From: Porphyridium purpureum
Taxonomy: Eukaryota
Assembly (NCBI GenBank): GCA_008690995.1
Contig: VRMN01000010.1
Span: 248,001-312,000, forward strand
Direction of reading: 5' to 3'
Length of the DNA stretch: 64,000 bases
In this document: positions 30,381 to 40,233 of the stretch, in pieces
How the letters are laid out: every line of letters begins with the position of its first letter
Position numbering within the stretch: the first letter of the stretch is position 1
Notes under the pieces: generated by a model
What the model was told of the DNA's origin: nothing
Databases searched by the model: none
Seen by the model: only the letters and a program-made list of their open reading frames with translations
Made by a program: the position numbers and the translations under genes

Positions 30381-31156
30381 AAAAGTACTTTTTGCCTGGC
30401 GCTGCAATGACGCTCATAGATGTCCATGAATGCCTACGGCTGCTGAACGTGGTGCCACCGCTCTGGGCAAAGATCTTCACAGCGGATGGAATCTGACTGC
30501 AACCGCGTCTGCTCACCGTCCATCTGCCGCTAAAGTATTGGAGCTCGACCAGACTCGCGCCATGGTTTGTGTGGATGCAGTCTTGGAAGTCTCCGTATCA
30601 GCCTTGTCCTTGCTGTGGCTGGCGTCAACCTAGTATGCCGCATATGTTGCCCGGGGATTATACTGTTTCGAAGGCGCACGCTCAGGACGGTCCACGCGGC
30701 GCACGAGGCCGCGTTCTCGGGCAGCTTCGAATCATGCGCGCCAGTCTTCTAGGCCAGTGGACCCGCGACTGCGCATTGTCCATGCTGATGAGAAAGAACA
30801 TGGCCCCGTGGATTCTCACAGACACACGCGGCGCATACCTCTGCTAGACCCCGCTGCTGCCAGAACTAGCATTCGACTGCACGCCGCCGTACATCACAGC
30901 GTTCTTTTCGCGCAAACGGTAAGCGTCGACGATTCCGGAATGGACGCCGCTCTCGCTACGTGCGCAAGCTTGCAAGCCTGCGAGTTTGTATGCCTTCGCA
31001 CGCGCGGTGAACAACACGTTTCGCCATCGCTGGCTTCCTCAACCAGAAACCCTAATGGTTACAAGTGCGGTGGCGCGTGGAACGTTTGTGAGCGCTTGCG
31101 CATCAGTGCACGTCGCGCGGAAGCGCGGAGCCATGTCGCATGCGGACGCGCGGCGC

Positions 31157-31163
31157 TATAAAG
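31157..31163 (+). promoter_or_regulatory. Putative TATA box of the first USP gene
   Basis: TATAAAG in GC-rich context about 140 nt upstream of ATG 31300. Confidence 0.5.
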
Positions 31164-31299
31164 CAGGCAGAGGCGCGGCGCCAACGCAGTAGTGGAACTC
31201 GTCGGGACGAGCAGCAAGGAGTGCCAAGCGAGAAGCAAGCGAGAGAGAAGCGAGACACAGAGAAAGTGGTGAATTTGACAGCTGGGTTGGGTGTGCAAC

Positions 31300-31806
31300 A
31301 TGGTGAAGCAGAGGAAGCGAGTGGTGCTGGTGCTCGTGGACGGCAGCAGCGCGGCAGAAGCCGCCGTGCGCTTTTTTGCGAATACCGTAATGCGTTCGAA
31401 CGATGTCGTGCGCTTTGCGCACTTCAAGGCCGTACCCAAACGCCAACTTCCGCCGGCAGGTTCGCACGGCCATGAACAGACCGGGTCCACGGAAAGCGCC
31501 TACTTGACGGCGACCGAGTCTGACTTTTTCCACAAGCTGGAGTCTTACATTCTTGAAGTGGAAGAAGTGGAGAACGTCAAAGTGGAGCACCGCACGTACT
31601 TGTGCGCCGAGGGCAAGCATGAGCTGTGCCAAGCCATCGAAAGCGTGATTTCGCGGCCGGAGAACAAGGTAGATCTCGTCGTCATGGGCAGCCGCGGGCT
31701 CAGTGCGTTGGAGAAGATGCGCGGCCTCGGTGGCACCAGCGATTACATTGCGAAACGCTGCGGCCATCCGGTGCTGAGGGTTCCGTACCCATGCGTCGTG
31801 TGCTGA
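31300..31806 (+). CDS. Universal stress protein (USP), copy 1
   Basis: VVLVLVDGSSAAEAAV, DLVVMGSRGL, LGGTSDY.AKRC.HPVL.V. Confidence 0.9.
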   Translation: MVKQRKRVVLVLVDGSSAAEAAVRFFANTVMRSNDVVRFAHFKAVPKRQLPPAGSHGHEQTGSTESAYLTATESDFFHKLESYILEVEEVENVKVEHRTYLCAEGKHELCQAIESVISRPENKVDLVVMGSRGLSALEKMRGLGGTSDYIAKRCGHPVLRVPYPCVVC

Positions 31807-32232
31807 GACAATGTCACAAGGCCGCACTCACACTGACGTTCCAGTACCAGACTGGGACCGAACGCGGCACCATTGGGTTCAATAAAGCAATTGACGGATA
31901 TCAAGATATCTAACCCTGTGACGCTCGAGTTGCCATTTTCCTTAATTCAACCACGTCATGTCAACGTGAGATTTTTTTTTTTTTTTTTTTTTTCTCTCTC
32001 TCTCTCTCTCTCTTCCAGTTCCTGGGTGCTGCTCCGATTTGTGTTGCGGCATGTGGTTGCACCTTGGAAGCAGGCACGTGTGTTGTATGTGCATAAGAAT
32101 GTGAACGCAACGAGAGATTGGGCCTGAGAGCGACGCGAGACGGACAAGCCGTGCGATAAAGTTGAGACAGAGGTGCGTAGAGGTGGCGTGAAAGAAAAGA
32201 GACTAGCTTTGGTTGGACGTTGGATTGACAAA

Positions 32233-32685
32233 ATGGTGGCGCAGCGCGGACGAGTGATTCTGGCGCTTGTGGACGGCTCGCCAGCGGCAGAGAACGCCGT
32301 TCGCTTTTACGCGCAGACCATTATGCGCTCAGGTGATGAGGTGCGCCTCACGCATTATCGCGACAGCCACGCGAACACCGACTTGGATGAGGCCGCGATG
32401 TTTGCCAAGCTCGACTCGTACATCCAAGAAGTTGAGGGAGTCGAGAACGTGAAGATTGTGCATCATACGGGAATGATTCGAGAGTCCAAGGCTGAGCTGT
32501 GCAGGGCCATAGATGCGGCGATGGAAAACCCGGGCGAAGGCAGAACGGCGCTTATTGTCATGGGCAGTCGCGGGCTGACCACACTCGATAAAATCAAACT
32601 GCACGGGCTCGGAGGCACAAGCGACTACGTGGCAAAGCACAGCACGCATCCCGTCATGCTGGTCAAGTACCCCAGTTCCCCCTAG
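32233..32685 (+). CDS. Universal stress protein (USP), copy 2
   Basis: VILALVDGSPAAENAV, LIVMGSRGL, LGGTSDYVAKHSTHPVMLVK. Confidence 0.9.
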   Translation: MVAQRGRVILALVDGSPAAENAVRFYAQTIMRSGDEVRLTHYRDSHANTDLDEAAMFAKLDSYIQEVEGVENVKIVHHTGMIRESKAELCRAIDAAMENPGEGRTALIVMGSRGLTTLDKIKLHGLGGTSDYVAKHSTHPVMLVKYPSSP

Positions 32686-32895
32686 ACTGCACGACACAGC
32701 ATAGTCGCGCCGTTTCTTGGGAATCTGGTGCCGGCCGTCGCGTCGTCTGCACCTTTTCGTGTTCTTTCATTGTTTACTGAACATGGCCTGAGTCCAAACG
32801 CAATCATCATGTGGCCTTTCTGTTCCTCAGGGCGCACGAATACAAAGCAAGTCAATAAATTAGCTGTCGAGTGACATCAGCGTCCCGCATCTGCG

Positions 32896-33570
32896 CTACC
32901 GATCCTCGTTCTCATTCTCGATTTCTGGGATGGTCTCTAGAGAGCTCACGTATGTCGCTCGCGTGCTGGTACGCGGCGTGCGCAGAACCTGCTCCAATGA
33001 GCTCGGGTTTCGGAAGCTTTGCGGTGAGTATGGCATGGCCCACTCGTCTTCGACGCCGCTGTGCGAAAAGGAGGAGGGAAGGCGCACCTTGTCGGTCAGA
33101 AAGCACGAGCAGACATCACCTGCCTGCTTTTCGTGCGCGCACGACGTGAGCCTGCTGTCAAGATCGCCAGACTGCGACATGCGCAGCGTGTTCCGATTCT
33201 GCAGTCTCGAGCTTGTGTGAGCGGCGCCTCGACGGACGAGTCCGGCGTCGACTAGAAACTTGGGCGAACTGACGCTCCTTGGCGCCCAAGACGAGTGCGC
33301 CGAGTTTGGCAGCGAGCTCCACCGAACGCCCGCGTCTGCGGCGTCAGGATCTCGTTTGGCCAACAGCTTGCGAAAGTCGTCATCCGAGCTTGCGAATACG
33401 GGTGGTAGCAACCGCAATGGCAAGTCCATGTCAGGGCCAACCCTGCCCTCTATTAACACGGGACTCTGCCGCCTCGTTCCCATTCGGCGCGGCCCGTCTT
33501 CGATCTTTCTTTGACGTCCTTTGTCGCCGTGCCGTTGCAGCCCGTCATCTTGCGCAGCTCTTGTATTCAT
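32896..33570 (-). CDS. Hypothetical Ser-rich protein
   Basis: 224-aa ATG-initiated ORF, low complexity, ending SSLETIPEIENENEDR. Confidence 0.55.
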   Translation of the reverse strand: MNTRAAQDDGLQRHGDKGRQRKIEDGPRRMGTRRQSPVLIEGRVGPDMDLPLRLLPPVFASSDDDFRKLLAKRDPDAADAGVRWSSLPNSAHSSWAPRSVSSPKFLVDAGLVRRGAAHTSSRLQNRNTLRMSQSGDLDSRLTSCAHEKQAGDVCSCFLTDKVRLPSSFSHSGVEDEWAMPYSPQSFRNPSSLEQVLRTPRTSTRATYVSSLETIPEIENENEDR

Positions 33571-34996
33571 CTATGCCGCCAAGTGCTCATCGATCGTCGC
33601 GGTGCTTTTTGCGTCGGATCATCTGCATCTATGTCGCATCCCCACGCTTTCCATTCCTGCCCAACCAGCAGACACCCTTTGGCCGGCGGGGGTAGGTCGA
33701 CAACCCCTTTTTTTTCCACCTTGGCGGCTGCGCACGGCAAGCACACGGATCGATTCCCTACCGAGCCGTTTCTGCCGCATGGTGCCTCACACTACCGATA
33801 AAAAAAAATTCCGCATTCCTCACGCATCGATGCCCACACCATGCTCGCACGGCCGCGACACGCACCCCACATCGCCAGCGCGCCGCGCGCCCGTTTCTTC
33901 TTCGTGCTGACTGGACCGGTTCCGGCTCAATGCGGCTCAATCCGGTTCGGTCCAGTTCACCAACGCCGCGGCGCTCCTTATAAAAACGGCCTGATTTCCC
34001 TTATACAAGATCGAGCACCGCACAAAAACGCGTACCGTTGAAAGTGTGTCGGAGCGAGCGGAGCACACACACACACGCCTTTGAGCGTTAAAAAGAGCCC
34101 AAAACAGGAAAGAAAGAGGGAGAAAGCGTTCCGGACGAAATGCGTTGGTGTTTTGTAGTCGAAGGAGGAGTGGTAGGAGGATGTGGGAGTAGAGTGCGTG
34201 AGGAGTGTGTGAAGCGGGAAGCAGAGCAGGGGAGGGAATGTACGATAAAATCCGTATGGAAGGCGAGATTCTACAGGTTTACAGCCGGACACACATGTGC
34301 AGACATATGTGCAGACACACAGACTGACACGGATGTTGCTTCACGTCGCATTGGTACGATGAAGTGATTTTTTGGGGGGGAATTACATGGATGTCGCGCG
34401 CGCGCGACTCAATCCGCATCCCGCATTCCACACTCTAAAGTGTACAAGGCTCAAGCCGCGAGCTACAATCTGAAGCCCGAAGCGCGCAATCCGCGGTGTG
34501 CGGGGCGTGCTGAGTCGTCACGTTTGTAACGCATGGACAATCGGAGAGATGCACACGCGGACGTTCCCCTTGGTGAATTTGATGTGTGTGTGTGTGTTTT
34601 CCGTAATGAAAGATCGTATGGTCACGAGCAACCAGGTGTGTCGTTGTGCGGTGAAGGGTCAGGGAGGCACATGCGCACGCGGGCGCAGGCAAGACGTGAA
34701 TCGGGGAGTTTGGCGGGAAGAACGTGCGCGCGAAGCGGGTGGAGCGGGTTGGGCGCATTGGGGATGGGAATGACACAGAGCAGTGTCGTCTCGAGCAAAC
34801 CGTTACTCGCAAGGTGCTGAGGCGCGCATCGCAAAGGTCATTTGGCATCGCGCGGCATTGGATGGAGCAGAGAATAAGATACACAGAGACACGCACGCAG
34901 AGGGAGAGAGGAAAGGATGGTGGAGAATCCGAATGGGATCTGCGTACAGCTCGGTTGGAAAATGGCCTTTCTTCAAAATTAAATGTGATGTGGTTG

Positions 34997-35554
34997 CTAC
35001 TGTTGCATGGTGCGTTCCTCGTCGGTCTCTTCGACGACAATCTCCAGCGCACTGCAGAACAGGTCCCGCGTGCGGTACCGCGGAGTCCTAAGCGCGTACG
35101 CCAGTAAGCTGCCGTTCCGACGCACGATGAGAGAACAGCTGCTGGGAGTGCTTCGTGCAAGTGAGCGGGAGGACAGGTTTGATGACGCCGTCGCAGAGCT
35201 CGAACGTGGCCGCATGTCGGACACGGGGCTGACTGGACAGCTCGCAGAGCGCGTCGTCGACGCCAGCAGCGCGCTGGCGCTCAGCGGCGAAGCGCCGTGG
35301 ATAGTCCGCGCGCTTCTCGATCGGCCTGGGCACGCCTCGAGAATGCGCGGCGAAATGCCCGTGTCAACTTGGAAGCGCGCGGCGTTCCGGCAGCACGGAC
35401 GGTCGCATCCTAGCGCCGAGCTGTCGGCCTCGTCGGCCTCCTCGACAAGCGCGTCTATGTCTGCTATCAAGTGCAGCGTCTCTCTTGACCACACTGCCTT
35501 GACCTCTGGCGCCAAATGCCCCCCATCTCCACGCGGCGCATGAAAGAAGCCCAT
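34997..35554 (-). CDS. Hypothetical Ser-rich protein (coding strand uncertain)
   Basis: ORF from MGFFHAPRG ending SALEIVVEETDEERTMQQ, with a G-rich leader and a CTGTAC cluster upstream (36034-36110). A competing + strand ORF 35007-35543 overlaps it. Confidence 0.4.
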   Translation of the reverse strand: MGFFHAPRGDGGHLAPEVKAVWSRETLHLIADIDALVEEADEADSSALGCDRPCCRNAARFQVDTGISPRILEACPGRSRSARTIHGASPLSASALLASTTRSASCPVSPVSDMRPRSSSATASSNLSSRSLARSTPSSCSLIVRRNGSLLAYALRTPRYRTRDLFCSALEIVVEETDEERTMQQ

Positions 35555-37735
35555 CGCACGAATACCTGCGCTACACGAAGCGCCTATGCCGGACCTCCCA
35601 GTCTGCCCCGCGCTCCACTTCCCCCCGCACCACCACTCTGCTCCAGACCACACTCCAATCATCCCTACCGCGCTCAAACCCCTTGCCAGTTATACGAGCA
35701 GCGGCGGGATTCGCATCGCGGAGTCTGTGCCCATGCTCACTTGTGCTTTTTTCCGTGTTGCTCGGCATGAATGCTCTGGGCTGCGTCTGTGTCGTAGTCT
35801 GTCCCGCCCGATGTCCCGACCAACCCGCCGAGTGGCTCTCGCTTTGCGCGCTGCCTGGCATCGAGGCGGCGACCACGAATTCGGCGCACGCCACAAAATC
35901 ACACACGTCCCAACGCAATCATTCAATGGCTCCTCCATTCCGATGTCCCGCGGGCAACAACCTGGACCAAGCATCTCCCACGTGGACAACGCTCAGCCGC
36001 GAGCTGCGAACGCGTGCGTGCGGTCCATTCACGCTGTACTTTCCGAGTACAGTGAATTCAATGCGTCGTGCTCGCTCCTCCGCCTCCACCCCATCGTGCT
36101 TGCACTGTACCTCCGCCCCACAAACTCCGGATCGGTTTTTGGACGGAGGAAGGCTCGAGCTGCATGTAGCGAGGGTGGGGGCGTGGAGAGGGATGGCGCG
36201 CGTCGCTTCTGCGTGTAGGCCGGTGAGCTGGACAGGTGTGGGGCTGGGGCGGATGTGTTGGCATGTCTTGTACGCAGCTGTAGACACAGAAATGCGCCCG
36301 CTCGTCTGACGCCAAAGGACTCGTTTCAGTCGACGGACCGATCAAGAGGCATGACCGGCGGGCTGGCAAGCCGTCTGAGCTGACTCCGACCGCCGCCTTT
36401 GAAGGAATCCATCTGCCAGCGAGACAGCCGTGCGGAGCTGGCTCGCGATGCCGAAAGTGCCGGTGCTGATGCTGAGGAACTGTCGTCGGTTCTCATGGAT
36501 TCTGCGCAGTGGGTCTTTTAAGCGTGGGCTCTGTGACGGATGATTCATGGAGAGGGACGTCTAGTCTTGTCGACCCGCAGGCCCAGCAACACCTGGCATC
36601 GCGTCGCTCAAAGCGACCGCTGGAAAGGATACCAATCAAGCGTTGGTTTCTAAGTTTTCCTGCCCCTCTGTGATTCGTTGTAGACCTCGAGCAATGAAAA
36701 GAAGGAACACGCCCCATGGGGGCCCACCACTGCATCAAAGTTGGTCTGACGCTTGTCGCAGAGGCTCAGAAATCGCTATCCTGGTTTACTGAAACCCATG
36801 CGTTCCGGTTGATCGCATGTCAAGCGACGCAACACGACGACCAGGTCCCGGAAACAGTTGCACCGGAAGACGCCACGGGCATTGCCATGAGCTTCTCTCG
36901 TGGAATCACCAAAGTTTGTCGTAAACACATATTGGACGGGGCATTGTTGGGCATGAGCGGCTACAAGGACACGCATGCGAAGAAATGCAGCAAAACCGCG
37001 TGTTGCGCCACGTGCGACGAATTTCCGTGCCGTGTTGCTTCCGCGCGTGTGACCCAGCGACAGCTATTCAAGATCAGCGGCCGCCTAGTTTTCGAGTTCC
37101 ATCATTCCGGAACCCACTATTTATCGGTTTTCAATGTACGCATTTGCTGCGCTCCCGCTCTGCATTGCGTCTGGCACATCCGGAACTGCAGTCCTCGGAC
37201 CCCACCGCATGCGCACACACGCGTGTACATCGAACGCGCGCGTCATATACTCCAAGTGTGCATCTCCGGTGGCCGAGAGCAACGAGCAGCGCAGCGTCGA
37301 CGACAACTGGCGGTCGCGCACGTCGTATGTGAACGCAGCTTGTTCCATCCGCAAGCAAAGCGGCACAAACTATCCAACCGCCACACACCGGTCTAACCCT
37401 TTCTCTACCCGAGAAACCGTTAAATCACCTACTAGATTATAGCAAATCAGCCCAGTTTTATAGGAGTTTGTCTTGCGGGTATAAACGGGAAGGAAGCAGC
37501 GAGCGAGGGAGAAGAGAGGAAGAGAGAGGAAGAGAGAGAGGACGTGGGTTGTGTGGGTTGTGTGAGTGGTCTGCTTGTCGGGTGTTCCCTCGTTCCTTGC
37601 AGTTGTTTCTCGGCCTTTCTTCCTGCCTTGCAAGTAGACGCTGGTATTCTGCGGGAGAAAGGGAAACGTAGGAGCATTGCGAAGTGTCGTTGTGCGGGTT
37701 GTGTGTGAGGCAGGTGAGAGCTTTGGGCGGGAAAG

Positions 37736-39944
37736 ATGGGGAAGGGAAGTATGGGGCGGGATGTGGAGGATAATGAAGGGATGCTGGGGTTGGTGAAGCA
37801 GGTGGCGGGGCCGGTGGTGACGGCAGAGCGGATGGATGGCGCCGCCATGTATGAGTTGGTGCGTGTCGGGAACGATCGGTTGGTCGGTGAGATCATTCGC
37901 TTGGAAGGATCCACGGCGACGATCCAGGTGTACGAAGAAACATCCGGCCTGACGGTTGGGGATCCGGTCGTCCGCACCGCAAAGCCGCTCTCTGTCGAGC
38001 TCGGGCCAGGGCTCATGGGAAACATCTTTGATGGCATCCAGCGACCATTGGAGGCCATTGCGAAGAGCACAGACTCCGTATTCATTCCGCGCGGTGTTGA
38101 TACGCACGCTCTGGACCGCTCAATCCGCTGGGAGTTTGTGCCGTCCCCCGATCTGAAAGTTGGCGACTTGATCTCGGGCGGTGACACGTTTGGCACGTGC
38201 GAGGAAACACACCTTATTTCGCACAAAATTATGCTACCGCCCAACCAGCGCGGGCGCATTACGTACCTGGCGCCCCCTGGCGACTACACGCTCGACGAGA
38301 TCGTAATCGAGGTCGAGTTTGGCGGCGTGACGCGCAAGTATCCGATGTGGCACTCGTGGCCCGTGCGCCAGCCGCGTCCCGTAGCAGAGAAACTCCGCGC
38401 GTCCACGCCGTTGCTGACAGGCCAGCGCGTGCTGGATGCGCTGTTTCCGACCGTGCAGGGTGGTACATGCGCCATCCCGGGCGCGTTTGGTTGCGGCAAG
38501 ACAGTGATTTCGCAAGCGTTGTCCAAGTTTTCCAACTCGGACGCTATTGTATACGTTGGATGGTACGTTCTCCAAGCTCTACTACCTGTTCTGATTTGTT
38601 CCACCCTGTCTTCTTCACAAGCAAACTGAAGATCTCGGCGGAGGATGTTTGTGTGTGTCCACAGGCAATAGACTTCTAACCGGGACATACTCTGTGCGAT
38701 CGTGTTCTTGCTTTTTGTACCTGCTTGAACTTTTGTTCGTTGTTCTCGTTGTTCTCGTTGTTCTCGTTGTTCTCGTTGTTCTCGTTGTTCTCGTTGTTCT
38801 CGTTGTTCTCGTTGTTCTCGTTGTTCTCGTCGATTTCTTTTCTTTGTGTTTCGTTTCCCGTTCCTGCGGCATCAGCGGCGAAAGAGGCAACGAAATGGCC
38901 GAGGTGCTCAAGGACTTCCCAGAGCTCACCATGGAAGTGAATGGGAAGCAAGAGTCGATCATGCGCCGCACACTGCTAGTTGCCAACACGTCCAACATGC
39001 CTGTCGCGGCTCGCGAGGCCTCGATCTATACGGGCATTACAATCTCAGAGTACTACCGCGACATGGGTCTGAACGTCTCCATGATGGCCGACTCGAGCTC
39101 GCGTTGGGCCGAGGCTCTGCGAGAGATCTCTGGGCGTCTAGCTGAGATGCCCGCCGACTCTGGCTACCCGGCGTACTTGGCCGCGCGCTTGGCGTCATTC
39201 TATGAGCGCGCCGGACTGGTGCGCTGCGTGGGATCGCCCGACCGCAAGGGCTCGGTGACCATTGTGGGCGCCGTCAGTCCTCCCGGAGGTGACTTTTCGG
39301 ATCCGGTCACTTCTGCCACACTGGGTATTGTGCAGGTGTTCTGGGGTCTGGACAAGAAGCTCGCCCAACGCAAGCATTTTCCGTCCGTCAACTGGCTCAT
39401 CAGCTACAGCAAGTATGCAAACGCACTCATGCCGTACTACGAGGCAAACTACCCAGAGTTTGCCGAGCTTCAGCAAAAGACACGTGAGTGCCTGCAGACA
39501 GAGGATGATTTGATGGAAATCGTGCAGCTGGTAGGCAAGGATTCGCTCGCCGAGACCGACAAGGTCACGCTCGAAGTGGCCAAGATTATCCGCGAAGATT
39601 TTCTGGCGCAGAACTCTTTCACGTCGTACGACCGCTTCTGTCCGTTCTACAAGTCGGTCGGTATGCTGCGGAATATCATGCACTTCCACGACTTGGCCAA
39701 TACCGCTGTGGATAGCAAGAGCGGTGGCGGCGGCGCTTCGGGAGGTTCCAGCGCCGCGCCAGCGGACGCACGTCCAAGCATCAACTTCAATATGATCAAG
39801 GAGAACATGGCTGATCTTCTTTATCAGGTGTCGTCCATGAAGTTCTACGAACCAGCGGAGGGTCAGGAAGCCGTGCAGGCCAAATTCGACAAGTTGCACG
39901 GGGACCTCACCGCTGCGTTCCGCGAGCTTGAGGACAGCATATAA
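37736..39944 (+). CDS. VHA-A: V-type H+-ATPase catalytic subunit A; exons 37736-38562 and 38876-39944 (631 aa)
   Basis: [27 protein letters not shown] (P-loop), [22 protein letters not shown]. Splicing GTACGT...CAG (38563-38875) restores YVGCGERGNEM. Confidence 0.96.
38563..38875 (+). other. Spliceosomal intron (313 nt, phase 2) of VHA-A
   Basis: Donor GTACGT, candidate branch point CTAAC at 38676-38680, acceptor CAG. Removal restores the conserved reading frame. Confidence 0.92.
38739..38828 (+). repeat. Intronic minisatellite (GTTGTTCTC)x10
   Basis: Ten perfect 9-bp units. Confidence 0.95.
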
Positions 39945-40233
39945 GCTCGCGGTGTACTTTTCTCTGTTGTTTCTCTGCATCCAGCGCTAGCTGTGCCAGC
40001 TCGTGGGTGGTCGATCCGCCTCTGTTTGTTGTCTTGCTCTAGGTTTCCACTTTCTGGAGACAGTAAACACTGTCCACTTGTTTCGTGCTCTTCTCTCGCC
40101 GCCTCTCGATGCGGAAGGAGAGCTTTGCCTACTGCCACCGGAGTGCGCCGCACGAATGCTGCTGTGTTAAGCAGTCCCGTGCTTGTTCCATGAAAGGACT
40201 GGTGGCCAATCTCAGGTCGGGGACTCCGCTTTG

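Noticed and set aside
30430..31100. Short ORFs downstream of the tRNA
   Set aside because: No recognisable family and no consistent reading frame.
35007..35543. Plus-strand 178-aa ORF
   Set aside because: It fully overlaps a minus ORF with better contextual support; not excluded without stranded RNA data.
36300..37400. Several medium ORFs upstream of VHA-A
   Set aside because: No recognisable motifs or consistent frame; cannot be called a gene or pseudogene by eye.
38649..38875. (VVL)10 hydrophobic segment at the start of the second V-ATPase ORF
   Set aside because: It is the translation of an intronic minisatellite. It is not an intein or TM segment: no intein motifs, and splicing restores the conserved sequence.
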